Source: a virus
Taxonomy: Duplodnaviria > Caudoviricetes
DNA: 57,887 nt
Virus record (IMG/VR): IMGVR_UViG_3300030118_006581
Location: 1 to 57,887 of that record
Reading direction: 5' to 3' (one strand)
Shown here: one piece after another, positions 28,861 to 38,595 of the stretch
Numbering within the stretch: position 1 is the first letter of the stretch
How the letters are laid out: every line of letters starts with the position of its first letter
Translations under genes and position numbers: made by a program
Notes under the pieces: model-generated
The model's database searches: none
Told to the model about the DNA's origin: nothing
The model's input: the letters and a program-made list of their open reading frames with translations, nothing else

Positions 28861-29288
28861 TATTTAAAGTTCCCAACAAAGTCAGAGCAAATACCCTCAA
28901 GATTAGAGTCGTCTGGTATCTTTTGATCATTTCTTAATACTAGTATACCACCTTCTAATGGTTCCTTATCGGGGTAAATCCATATTTTCCCCTTGGAAGT
29001 CAATGTGTAATCATCTTTATCGTGCCAGAAACAGTGAATTTTTGGGTTTTTAAGCATTGCACTTAAAGCTTGTGAATTTTTAGCATGGCACCATAATCCT
29101 TCTTTTTCTAGAAAGCTTTCAGAAATTTTATATTCAGGATCATCATGACCAAGATAATAAACCCCCAACACATTCCAAACATCTACTTCAACATCATAGC
29201 CTGCCATTAAAGCTTCCTCAATATACTCAGGCATATTCTCTCTGTTTGTTTTTCCTTGAATGTTGCCACGATGAGCTATTAGCTTCAT
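28860..29288 (-). CDS. Short GDPD/PLC-like phosphodiesterase-fold protein
   Basis: IAHRGN...EN...GYDVEVDVW...LGHD...WCHAKN...GICSD. Confidence 0.75.
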   Translation of the reverse strand: MKLIAHRGNIQGKTNRENMPEYIEEALMAGYDVEVDVWNVLGVYYLGHDDPEYKISESFLEKEGLWCHAKNSQALSAMLKNPKIHCFWHDKDDYTLTSKGKIWIYPDKEPLEGGILVLRNDQKIPDDSNLEGICSDFVGNFK

Positions 29289-29289
29289 A

Positions 29290-30663
29290 TCATTCCTTAT
29301 AATTTCTCAGGTATGTGTCTAAATCTTCTGGTGTCCCTATACCCCACATTTTTTTGGTTGGAAAGATTTTAATCTTCTTATCATCTGCAATAGCCTCATT
29401 AAATACAGGACAAACATAAAACTCGTTATTAACCCTGATATCCTTTTCAATCATCTGTTCAGCATATTTAACATAGTCAGAGCCGTGTTTCCAATAATAA
29501 ATCCCAGTGGTAGCAATATTACTGATTGGTTTCTTTTCTGCTACTTCCGTTACATACCCATCAGGACCTAGTTTGGCGAAACTCCACTTTGGATGAGTAG
29601 CTTCAAAAGTTAACATACCACCATCGATATTATCTGCCATCATAGAATACATAAATTCATTACTGTCCCACTCTAGAAACTGGTCTGAATTTGCATAGAG
29701 TAAGGGCTCATCATTATTAATAAATTCTTTTGCTAACAGTGTTGTACAAGCAGCACCCTCTGTTAGTCCATCTGTATAAATAACCTCACACCCTGGAGAG
29801 ATCAATTGTAAAAGATGTTTTATGTTGTATCTTTCTTCATGTTCCTTGCGGACCACAAAAATATGCTGCGCATCTATATTCAAGTTTTCAACAACAAGTT
29901 GAATCATTGGCTTTCCGTTAACTTCAATTAAAGGTTTTGGAAAAGCATAGCCAGCCTTTTGAAAGCGAGAACCTTCGCCAGCCATTGGAATAAGAACCTT
30001 CATATCTCCCCCTTGCCATTTTGGTCTAGACAAAGTTTTAGGACGATTCTTCTCAATAAATCCAAAAACCTTTTCTTTTGTTACATCTTCACTGTTCATT
30101 ACACCGCATACGTGAGCGCCAGCACGCTGTGCTGCTTCCCGTCCAATATGTGAATCTTCAATAATTACAGTCTCTTGAGGTCCGACTTCCGCCTTTACCA
30201 TACATTTAAGATAAATTTCTGGATTTGGCTTAGGGTTTCTTACGTCCTGATTAGAGTAGAAAAAATCAACATACTCCATAAATCCTTTGCGCAACAAAAC
30301 CATCTTTATGGTTTCTCTGATAGAATTTGAAGCAACCGCAATTTTAAGACCCTCTTGTTTAAGGTCTCTCAACAAATTACAGATTCTTTCGTCTCGACCA
30401 TATTCATTTGATATTATATTGATTGTATGTTTTTGTTTGTTTTTCCATACAGAATGGTGACTCTCCAGAGGGAGCCCCTTCATCTCTGTGAGCATCTTTA
30501 ATTTCTTACTGGTTGGTAGTCCATCAAATGTTGATAGGTGTTCTTCTCTTTCAACAATATACTTTGGATCTACCTCTTTTAGAGAGCGGTTTAGAGCTTC
30601 ATAATGAAGTTCCCTAGCATCTACCAATACGCCATCCAAATCAAAAACTACTAATTTAATCAC
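29290..30663 (-). CDS. HAD phosphatase fused to sugar-phosphate nucleotidyltransferase
   Basis: N-terminal FDLDGVL, ASNS, KPNP, IEDS; C-terminal IPMAGEGSRF...PKPLI, NSDQ, EKKPIS, GTPEDL. Confidence 0.88.
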   Translation of the reverse strand: MIKLVVFDLDGVLVDARELHYEALNRSLKEVDPKYIVEREEHLSTFDGLPTSKKLKMLTEMKGLPLESHHSVWKNKQKHTINIISNEYGRDERICNLLRDLKQEGLKIAVASNSIRETIKMVLLRKGFMEYVDFFYSNQDVRNPKPNPEIYLKCMVKAEVGPQETVIIEDSHIGREAAQRAGAHVCGVMNSEDVTKEKVFGFIEKNRPKTLSRPKWQGGDMKVLIPMAGEGSRFQKAGYAFPKPLIEVNGKPMIQLVVENLNIDAQHIFVVRKEHEERYNIKHLLQLISPGCEVIYTDGLTEGAACTTLLAKEFINNDEPLLYANSDQFLEWDSNEFMYSMMADNIDGGMLTFEATHPKWSFAKLGPDGYVTEVAEKKPISNIATTGIYYWKHGSDYVKYAEQMIEKDIRVNNEFYVCPVFNEAIADDKKIKIFPTKKMWGIGTPEDLDTYLRNYKE

Positions 30664-31589
30664 TTCCTAAACCTTTCATTATCTTTAAATGGGTGCTTGT
30701 CAATATCTTCACACTTGTTGAGATCAAGCCAGAAATCACCCTCTCTCCAGCCAACATAGTTTTGTTCCTCAAGTGTTTCAACATCTTTTTCAAAATAATA
30801 ATATTGTATAAAGTTCGGAACTGTTGGTAAATTTGGTGGGTTATCAACAAAATCTTGAGACCATCTCGTTAACCACCCAGTATAAGCGGGCTGTGTTTTC
30901 CAAGTGTCTTTCCACTTCCAATACAAAATTTGTGATGTATGATACCAACCTTCTCTCGATATACTATTCGACTTCTCTTTTCTCCACTCAGGTTCACCAC
31001 CTTGATATTCTGATGTATCTAGTGGTAGTGCATCTTGACTGTTTAATAGTCTGCCATGGATCTTGTCATTTATTAAGGACTTTTCTTTGTTTAAGATTAG
31101 AGCCCTAATATAATAGTCAGCCTCTTTGTTTGCTGGTGTTATAAAACGCTCATCCCATAAGCCTATTCTTTTTACCGCTTCTGGTCTATAGCTAATAATA
31201 TTATCGCCCAATTGCCCTGTGACAAAAGTATACTTCTTGTGCATTTTTAAAAGATTTGTTGCCCATTTTGGGTCTAATACAATATCGTTCTGCATTGTCA
31301 CAACAATTTTTGCCTCTGGATTGTTCAAGTCCTTGAATCCATGCACAAGTGCCTGATTCCAGTTTCTTGCTAAATTACCTGTATCCCAATCAGGTCTGGC
31401 GTTGTTGTGAATTACATTTACCTTGTTTCGGAATCTTTCCTCTAGAAAAAAATCACTGTGATTGTTGATAACATTTACTTCCGTATCAGAAACAAGCGAA
31501 AAATCTGTCTTATTAAATAAGGTATCCAAGGTTTTGTTTAGTATATCTTGCCTTCTATACGTTACAATATAAATCTTGATATTTTTCAT
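30660..31589 (-). CDS. GT-A fold (GT2-like) glycosyltransferase
   Basis: IVTYRR, INN, ARNWNQAL, MQND, IGLWDERF, EADY. Confidence 0.8.
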   Translation of the reverse strand: MKNIKIYIVTYRRQDILNKTLDTLFNKTDFSLVSDTEVNVINNHSDFFLEERFRNKVNVIHNNARPDWDTGNLARNWNQALVHGFKDLNNPEAKIVVTMQNDIVLDPKWATNLLKMHKKYTFVTGQLGDNIISYRPEAVKRIGLWDERFITPANKEADYYIRALILNKEKSLINDKIHGRLLNSQDALPLDTSEYQGGEPEWRKEKSNSISREGWYHTSQILYWKWKDTWKTQPAYTGWLTRWSQDFVDNPPNLPTVPNFIQYYYFEKDVETLEEQNYVGWREGDFWLDLNKCEDIDKHPFKDNERFRK

Positions 31590-32251
31590 TTTCCATTTAC
31601 CTTATCAAACAAAGCCTCAGCAACCATGAAATCAAACTCAGTATCAACATCTACTGATTCTATATCATCCAACATAAGCGGATAAAATTTATTCCCAAGA
31701 ATATTTTTATTTTGTATCATTATTTCCCTGGGTAATATGTTTGCTGCAAAGTTCAAAGCATATACATCAGGTAAATCCTGAGATCTTGGATGATTTTTAG
31801 GATCATAGTTTATAGCTGCATTATCAAGCCATAGATACTCTCTAATATAATTAGCCGTAACTACTGAATCATATTCTTCTCTATCTTTGTATAGGTCAAT
31901 GCACTCTTGAACTGTCTCATCTTTTATAAGTGGGCTCGTTACTGGTGTCCATAATATATCCTTACAATCCAAAGAGGAAGCTAAGTGAACATATACATCC
32001 CCCATAGGAACTGTGTCACTAGCATAAAATGGATTTCTTTTCATAGTAGTCGCACCAAGAGAGTTTGCTAATTCTAACATACCCTCATCATCAGATGTTA
32101 CAACTATGTTATTAATACCACTTAATCTTGTTGCTTGTTCTATTTTCATTTGGAGCATGTTAGAACTTCCAAATGGTCTTATATTTTTTCCTGGTACACG
32201 CTTAGATCCACCTCTTACTGCAATTAAAACAGTAATATCAGTATCTCTCAT
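31586..32251 (-). CDS. Acylneuraminate (CMP-ulosonate) cytidylyltransferase, NeuA/CMAS family
   Basis: AVRGGSKRVPGKNIR, VTSD, TSPL, PRSQDLP, DVDTEFDF. Confidence 0.9.
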   Translation of the reverse strand: MRDTDITVLIAVRGGSKRVPGKNIRPFGSSNMLQMKIEQATRLSGINNIVVTSDDEGMLELANSLGATTMKRNPFYASDTVPMGDVYVHLASSLDCKDILWTPVTSPLIKDETVQECIDLYKDREEYDSVVTANYIREYLWLDNAAINYDPKNHPRSQDLPDVYALNFAANILPREIMIQNKNILGNKFYPLMLDDIESVDVDTEFDFMVAEALFDKVNGK

Positions 32252-32982
32252 AATTGACCTCCGTTTACATCAATTGCTGCTCCTGCAATATATGATGCAG
32301 CCGAAGAACATAAAAATAATATTGGTAAAGCTTGTTCTTTTGTAGTTGCAATTCTTCTGACAGGTATACTATGTTCTAGCTTTTCTATTTGCTCTGTAGT
32401 CATAGATTCTTGCAGCATCTCTGTCATTGTCTGCGAGGGGCAAACACAATTCACAAGAATATTGTGTTTTGAGACTTCATTCGACAACTGTTTAGTTAAG
32501 CCAATTATGCCATATTTACTAGACGTGTAATGAACACCACTTACAATACTTTTATTTCTTCCTGCGATTGATGAAACATTTACAATCCTGCCGAAGTTTT
32601 TTTGTTTCATTATCTCAACTGCTAACTTAGAAGTATAATAGAATGATTTAAGATTAGTGCTCATCACTCTGTCCCACTCATCACTATCAATATCTTCTAT
32701 AGGACAACACAAGTTAGTTCCAGCAACATTGATTAAAAAATCTAGTGTTTTAATCGAATCAAAAGCTAGTTTTATACTTAATTGATTTCTTAAATTACAC
32801 CCTATGTGGTGACAGCCATCTATCTTCGGATCTGTTCGTGATAAACAATATACAATTGCACCCGAATCTATAAATCTTTTGACAACCTCAAGTCCAATAC
32901 CTTTACTTCCGCCTGTAACTACAACTGTCTTGCCTGTGAAATCAAAAGATATATCATTCATCTTCATATACGTGATCCACAT
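32248..32982 (-). CDS. Classical SDR oxidoreductase (true start probably 32961 or 32967)
   Basis: TGGSKGIG, NVAG, NVSS, YTSSK (YxxxK), NCVCP, VNGG. Confidence 0.9.
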   Translation of the reverse strand: MWITYMKMNDISFDFTGKTVVVTGGSKGIGLEVVKRFIDSGAIVYCLSRTDPKIDGCHHIGCNLRNQLSIKLAFDSIKTLDFLINVAGTNLCCPIEDIDSDEWDRVMSTNLKSFYYTSKLAVEIMKQKNFGRIVNVSSIAGRNKSIVSGVHYTSSKYGIIGLTKQLSNEVSKHNILVNCVCPSQTMTEMLQESMTTEQIEKLEHSIPVRRIATTKEQALPILFLCSSAASYIAGAAIDVNGGQL

Positions 32983-33385
32983 CCGGCCTGGTTATCGCAT
33001 ATCTTACCCCTGGTTTATCTCCCACACACTTTATGTGATGCCAGACGCCACAAGGAACTACAATAATGTCATTCGTAGTAACAGTTCTTGTTCCTATACC
33101 ATCTATCCACCACTCCCAAGTTCCATCTAAAATAACCCAGTTCTCATCGGCGTCATGATGATAATGTTTTCTATTTCCTTCGCCTGGTTGTTGTTGAATT
33201 ACAACACCCCCAAACAATTCATTGTAAGCAATTCGTACAGCCCAAGACCCCATACCAAGATCTTTTCTTAATTCTTCTAGATTTACGGTTGAACAATTTT
33301 CATACTTTTTAAGTTCGGATACTGGTACACCGTCGTCTTTAAGGACACTTATAAGGTTACTATCTGATTTCTTTTTTTCACTCAT
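32954..33385 (-). CDS. Cupin-domain protein
   Basis: PGEGNRKHYHHDADENW...G...VPCGVWHHI; start set at ATG 33385, just after the upstream stop. Confidence 0.85.
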   Translation of the reverse strand: MSEKKKSDSNLISVLKDDGVPVSELKKYENCSTVNLEELRKDLGMGSWAVRIAYNELFGGVVIQQQPGEGNRKHYHHDADENWVILDGTWEWWIDGIGTRTVTTNDIIVVPCGVWHHIKCVGDKPGVRYAITRPDVDHVYEDE

Positions 33386-33386
33386 A

Positions 33387-35285
33387 TTATCTTGTCTCAT
33401 GTTTAAATTTAGGTAACCTAGAAAATTTATCTATTCTTTCTGTAACCTTTTGGGAGTATAGCATATTAATTACGTCTTCGTCAAGCTTGAACCTATCGTC
33501 TTTCATCAAAATATTTTTGCAGTGCATCATTTGCGATAATTGGTCATGAAGTATATGGTCTGGACCAAATGGAGTCCCTGATACACCGTATGTGTCAGTA
33601 TATAGTTTATTGTATTTCCCTTGATCGTTTTGTGGTATCCCAGTGTTATAAAAATCCAAACCATATACAGACAACTTAATTAAGGGATAACGAAGCAAGT
33701 GGTTCAATGCTCCATAGCCTGAATTAAAGTTTGCCGAGTGCCTTTGGAATTGTTTATTGTTGAAGTTTTCTACATGTTGTTTAGGGTAAATTTGCCAGTA
33801 AAGAGCCCATCTGTCCCAAGTACCATCTTCATTTTTTAGGTGAACAAATGGAATATCTAAAGATTTAAAAACATTTTCATAAACTTGATCGATGTATGCC
33901 CACTGATTATTTGGCAGTTGGTGGCTTACAGTATCGTTAGCAATTATAAATTTTGGTCTTTCTTCTTTTGAAATATTATTCAAATGCTCAACAATGGGTG
34001 GCCCATAATTTGCATTAAGACAACTTTGTATTATATCTGTCCGTGTGCCGAAATCTTTCTCATTGGGAATTCCGTGCTGGATTCTAACTACGACATCATG
34101 GGAGTCGATTTCTTTACCTTTACCCTGTCCATTCAGGCGAGGAGCAGGACCAACAAACGCAACACTTTTACCGTCAAGGTAATTGTACAAATCTTGATCA
34201 ACTATACATTCATTGTGAAATAAAGATTTGTGGTCTTCAAGTTTATGATAAATATCAACACACTCGTTAACTTCTATTTTTTTACCTGATATCTTATTGT
34301 TAATTTCGTTTGTTATCTCAACCCAAGGGTTACTAGTTTTCTTGAAATCTTCAAAGGTTAAGCTTTCTAGATGTTCTCTAGCTGTGCTGTACGAATCATC
34401 TTTCAGGGGTGCTATCTTTTCTTCTACTTCAAGATTTATATTTGCAAACCTCTCATGAGATAGATCAAAAAAATTCTCAATGGACTGTATGTCCAAATAA
34501 TTGTCCTGCTTTTGCATCATCTTTGGCTTTAAACCTTTTGACAAAACCAAGTTAATAAAAGTATTTTTTATATGAAGTGAATCTCTTAGCTCTTGTTGGT
34601 TACTACCGTCACCCAAAATCTTACTTTTTTTGAATGCAGGCATAATCCAAGCCCACATCTCATCCATTCGATATTTACTCCAAGCACCATTTTGATTATG
34701 TGGTGTTTCCAGATCTGTTACCCCATTATCATAAAGCATCTTATGACTACAAACAACATGCCTAAGAAAAGGAATCTCTAGAATATTAAAAAGATGACAA
34801 GCATCGACACCACCACCAAACCTAGTAACCATTGGAAAGAACCAACTCATTAACGAATGGTGAACTATTTTTAAACCACAATGTGTAAAAGGTATTACTG
34901 AATGGTCTGCTGAATTGTAATACTCTTTATTTTCAGCAAAAGGAGTTATTAGTCCTTTACCTGGATAGTATGTTAAGACAGCGGGTTCAAAATCCTGTAG
35001 GTCTTCACAGATCTGATCTAGTGCGTTTTTATCTCTTTGAGGTCTTAACACATAATCATAATCTACAAACGCATAATATTCGTACTCCTTTGGTACTAGT
35101 TCGGCTAAAATATTTCTAGTTTCTACCCAGGTTGTATTAGGGCAAAACTTAATGGCGTCTTTATTTTCCTTATCGTGGGTTACAAAGTAAAAATCACTAT
35201 GTTCTTTATCTTTAAATAACTCAACATGATCTTTATTAGGTTCTTCAGGAGTTACTTGCAGAACACATAATCTCTTCTTAATCAT
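33387..35285 (-). CDS. Two-domain glycosyltransferase: N-terminal GT-A-like domain plus C-terminal GT29 sialyltransferase-like domain
   Basis: N-terminal ETRN...FVDYD (DxD). C-terminal VAFVGPA...GKEIDSHDVVVRI...DFGTRTD matches sialylmotif L; NSGYGAL...LSVYGLDFY matches motif S; late HDQLSQ resembles motif VS. Confidence 0.75.
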   Translation of the reverse strand: MIKKRLCVLQVTPEEPNKDHVELFKDKEHSDFYFVTHDKENKDAIKFCPNTTWVETRNILAELVPKEYEYYAFVDYDYVLRPQRDKNALDQICEDLQDFEPAVLTYYPGKGLITPFAENKEYYNSADHSVIPFTHCGLKIVHHSLMSWFFPMVTRFGGGVDACHLFNILEIPFLRHVVCSHKMLYDNGVTDLETPHNQNGAWSKYRMDEMWAWIMPAFKKSKILGDGSNQQELRDSLHIKNTFINLVLSKGLKPKMMQKQDNYLDIQSIENFFDLSHERFANINLEVEEKIAPLKDDSYSTAREHLESLTFEDFKKTSNPWVEITNEINNKISGKKIEVNECVDIYHKLEDHKSLFHNECIVDQDLYNYLDGKSVAFVGPAPRLNGQGKGKEIDSHDVVVRIQHGIPNEKDFGTRTDIIQSCLNANYGPPIVEHLNNISKEERPKFIIANDTVSHQLPNNQWAYIDQVYENVFKSLDIPFVHLKNEDGTWDRWALYWQIYPKQHVENFNNKQFQRHSANFNSGYGALNHLLRYPLIKLSVYGLDFYNTGIPQNDQGKYNKLYTDTYGVSGTPFGPDHILHDQLSQMMHCKNILMKDDRFKLDEDVINMLYSQKVTERIDKFSRLPKFKHETR

Positions 35286-36265
35286 AATAAACCTTTTGTA
35301 CCATTTTCATCAAACCATTTGTCATACCACTCAATTGTTTTTGAGAGTCCCTCTTCCAAATTGACCACTGGCACATAAGAAGTTAAACTTTCTAACTTAG
35401 ATGTATCGGGACATCTTCTGTCCACGCTTCCCCTTGGGGCATCTCTAATATCATATTCATCATCGTTATTATACCAGAGGTTTACTTTTTTTGCAAGATC
35501 AATAATTTTTATTTCTTCCTTGTCGTTCCCAATGTGAAAAATGCCGCTCTCATTGCACTTAGATAATTCATAAGTTGCTTTTACTGCATCATCAATATAA
35601 CAAAAAGCTCTGGTCTGTTTATCACCAAATATCTTAAAAGGCATTTCATTATTTTTGGCTCTCAGGACAAATTGAGGTATTACGTGCTTGGTACCCATCC
35701 TTGGTCCATATATGTTGTGATACCTAATAATTTGATAATCTAATCCAAATTGCTTACTAAAACTGTTTAGAATAATTTCACAGGCCAACTTACTACCGCC
35801 GTATGAATATCTCTCATTCATAACATCTTCAATTGTACAATGAATTTTTTCATCAGTTGGCACCAAGCTTTGATCTCTCTGGATTGATCCAGCATAGACT
35901 TCTGAAGAGGATGTAAACACGAATTTAGTTTTAGATTCTTTATATTTCTCTAGCAATAACATCGTGCTTTTTATAGCAACTTCCATTACTGTATAAGGTA
36001 TTGTATAAAAATTTTCTGTTCCATTTATAGCCGCCAGATGAAATATTACATCATAGTCATCATCCAGTTTTTGAAGATCTTCAACCTTCGTAAGGTCAGC
36101 TTCGATAAACTTAGTGCCATCTATTTTTAAAATATCCTCTATGAAGCTATCAACCTGTCCTCTTTTGTTGTTGTCACATAGATGCGTCTCGTTACCTTGT
36201 TGGGCACAATAACGGGACAGATAAGACCCTATAAATCCACTGGCTCCCGTTACTAATATCTTCAT
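35282..36265 (-). CDS. NAD-dependent nucleotide-sugar epimerase/dehydratase/decarboxylase (extended SDR)
   Basis: TGASGFIG, HLAA, SSSEVY, YGGSK, RYHNIYGP, TRAFCYIDD. Confidence 0.92.
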   Translation of the reverse strand: MKILVTGASGFIGSYLSRYCAQQGNETHLCDNNKRGQVDSFIEDILKIDGTKFIEADLTKVEDLQKLDDDYDVIFHLAAINGTENFYTIPYTVMEVAIKSTMLLLEKYKESKTKFVFTSSSEVYAGSIQRDQSLVPTDEKIHCTIEDVMNERYSYGGSKLACEIILNSFSKQFGLDYQIIRYHNIYGPRMGTKHVIPQFVLRAKNNEMPFKIFGDKQTRAFCYIDDAVKATYELSKCNESGIFHIGNDKEEIKIIDLAKKVNLWYNNDDEYDIRDAPRGSVDRRCPDTSKLESLTSYVPVVNLEEGLSKTIEWYDKWFDENGTKGLL

Positions 36266-37059
36266 TATTTTCTCATCCCATCATATACAGTTACTTTATA
36301 TTTGCTATTCTCTTCTAAAATCATCTTAAAAAAACCAATATCAAGGTTTTTTTCCTCAACCAATTTTGATATGGCTAGAGTATCCTTGGGCAAACAAACT
36401 CCACCAAATCCTCTGAAATTGTCATTACACTGAAGGTATGAATCATTTATATGATCTCTTAGCACTAAGGAATTTTTAATGTCTGTATAAGAAGCGTCTA
36501 GTTCTTTGCAGACTTCATAAAAACTGTTTGCAAGAGTTATCAAAGTTGCATTGTAAATATTGTTGTAATATTTTACTAGTTCTGCCTCTGTCCTGGATAA
36601 TTTTCTAAACTGCGAAGGATATGATCCGTGGGCTTCTTTTATCTTTTCATAACATTCCTCACAATCAGTTCCGATTACGCACAAGTCGTGATTTTCAATA
36701 AAATCAATAACTGCACATCTTTCCCTCAAGAACTCAGGAACAAATGCTATTTTTAGCTGCGGGTATTTGTCCGCTAGTTTCTGTGTTGTACCAGGAGAAA
36801 CAGTAGATTTTATAACAACAATCCCAGAATAATTATTAGATTCTAGATTTACAATAGATTCCTCTACGATAGTAGTGTCACAAAAGCCATTCTCATCTGG
36901 GGGAGTGGGTACACAAATAAAACAGATATCACTGCCAAGAACATCTTCAAACTTTGACTCCTTTGCAGGATCGTAAAAGCTCATTTTATGCCCAAGTTCT
37001 AAAAAACCTGTATAAACAGCGTTGCCAACAACACCAAGTCCCAAAACTCCTATTTTCAT
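36265..37059 (-). CDS. UDP-glucose/GDP-mannose 6-dehydrogenase family (short form)
   Basis: GLGVVG, CVPTP, KSTVSPGTT, PEFLRE, AELVKY, GFGGVCLPKD (catalytic Cys). Confidence 0.9.
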   Translation of the reverse strand: MKIGVLGLGVVGNAVYTGFLELGHKMSFYDPAKESKFEDVLGSDICFICVPTPPDENGFCDTTIVEESIVNLESNNYSGIVVIKSTVSPGTTQKLADKYPQLKIAFVPEFLRERCAVIDFIENHDLCVIGTDCEECYEKIKEAHGSYPSQFRKLSRTEAELVKYYNNIYNATLITLANSFYEVCKELDASYTDIKNSLVLRDHINDSYLQCNDNFRGFGGVCLPKDTLAISKLVEEKNLDIGFFKMILEENSKYKVTVYDGMRK

Positions 37060-37646
37060 TTAAAAACCTCCATCTTTCTCAAATCAGGCCAGTCATCTAA
37101 AGTCCATTGCCTAGGTGTTGACTCTTTTGCCGCTGGTAGTTTTTCTAGTCCAAGTTTGGCTGTTTCTGGAGTCATATAATAATGGTATCCTACTGTGCTT
37201 ATATTTTGAGATGCCCAAGGGATGTCTGGCTCCCTACCATCATAAGACATTTTTTTCAATTTTTTATAGTCTTCCAAATTATCGCATAATATTACACCGC
37301 CACGACCTAAAGCTAGATGCTTTCTGAACTGAAAACTTACGCACATAAAAGTGTTTGGTATATAACTATCCTTTTTCCAAAGAACGGCAGCATCAATTAT
37401 ATTTGTGCCTCCAAGATAGTAATAATCAAGCCAATCTTCCTCTTTCCACTCAAGTTCTATATTTAACTTTTTGGATAAAAGAGGGATAGAAATATAAGTC
37501 TGAGTTGGGACAATAATCTTATCTACGTTTTTATATCGTAAGCAAAGTTCTATCCCGTGTGTACAGCAATCAACTGCCACAGCGTATGGAGCACCAAAAA
37601 AAGATGCTATCTCATTTTCAAATTCTTTTACTACCTCAAAACTCAT
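37056..37646 (-). CDS. DegT/DnrJ/EryC1/StrS-family PLP sugar aminotransferase (short form)
   Basis: FENEIA...YAVAVDCCT, IDAA, SFQFRKHL (PLP Lys), GRGG, GYHYYM; start at the ATGA overlap 37646. Confidence 0.82.
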   Translation of the reverse strand: MSFEVVKEFENEIASFFGAPYAVAVDCCTHGIELCLRYKNVDKIIVPTQTYISIPLLSKKLNIELEWKEEDWLDYYYLGGTNIIDAAVLWKKDSYIPNTFMCVSFQFRKHLALGRGGVILCDNLEDYKKLKKMSYDGREPDIPWASQNISTVGYHYYMTPETAKLGLEKLPAAKESTPRQWTLDDWPDLRKMEVFK

Positions 37647-38182
37647 TTTTTGCACTCCACGTTTAAACTCATCAAAGTTCCATTTTCCTTATCCATATGG
37701 GGTAAATATGCTTGAGAGTGATCATCGAATTTTGAATGGGAGGTATCTCTCCAGTCATATTTCTTAACCTCACTAAAGCCTGAATCCTCTAGCTCTCGCT
37801 TAAGCGATGGAAAATCATAAACTGTCCTATGATATATTGTCTCTTCGCCCATGGGCATCCTGCCATATAAAAGCCCAACAAATTTGTCGAGAGAATAACC
37901 CTCTTCCGTGTATAGTCTTGAAATTTCTGTAAAGTTAGGAACTGCGACTCTCAATGTGCCACCAGGTTTTAATATTCTTCTCCATTCACCAAGGACTGAT
38001 GGGATTTCCTGCCTATCAAAATATTCTACAACGTGTGAGGCATATATTAAATCGACTGTATTCTCACCAAATTGACTTAGATCAACAATGGATTCATAAT
38101 CTAGATGATCGTAATCTCCAGAATCTATATGAATCCATTCTTTTCCAAAATCTCTCCAGCCGCATCCCATATTTATTTTCAT
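37643..38182 (-). CDS. Class I SAM-dependent methyltransferase
   Basis: INMGCG, HID, IYASHVVEY, RILKPGGTLRVAVP. Confidence 0.88.
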   Translation of the reverse strand: MKINMGCGWRDFGKEWIHIDSGDYDHLDYESIVDLSQFGENTVDLIYASHVVEYFDRQEIPSVLGEWRRILKPGGTLRVAVPNFTEISRLYTEEGYSLDKFVGLLYGRMPMGEETIYHRTVYDFPSLKRELEDSGFSEVKKYDWRDTSHSKFDDHSQAYLPHMDKENGTLMSLNVECKK

Positions 38183-38595
38183 TATAAATACCTTTTATCC
38201 AGTGATTGACCTTCATAAGGTCCGGTCTTGTATTCATAGACAATCGTATCATCCTCAAGTATCTCATAAGTATGAGCGCCTTCAAGTGTAAAACTAGCAT
38301 CACCAGGTTTTAAGATAGGTGTTGCCAGGATTGTTTCGTTGTCTATGTCATACATATAACACTTAACACTGCCTTGTATTACAATCCAAGATTCTTGTGC
38401 TATTTGTTCTTTATATGTTCTTTCTTTTTTTATATGGTAATGTGGTTGAAAATTTTTACCTTGTTCAAGTTTCATAGTTGCACATTGAATGAATTGGTCT
38501 TCAGGAACTATATCTGTTCTACCATCCACATCCTCTAATCTATTAATCATATGAAGTAGGAGGTCTGGGTTTATCTTTGAATAGATCTTTAACAT
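38182..38595 (-). CDS. WbuC-like cupin-fold protein
   Basis: PHYH, QESWIVIQG, LKPGD, GAHTYEILED, EYKTGPY. Confidence 0.75.
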   Translation of the reverse strand: MLKIYSKINPDLLLHMINRLEDVDGRTDIVPEDQFIQCATMKLEQGKNFQPHYHIKKERTYKEQIAQESWIVIQGSVKCYMYDIDNETILATPILKPGDASFTLEGAHTYEILEDDTIVYEYKTGPYEGQSLDKRYL

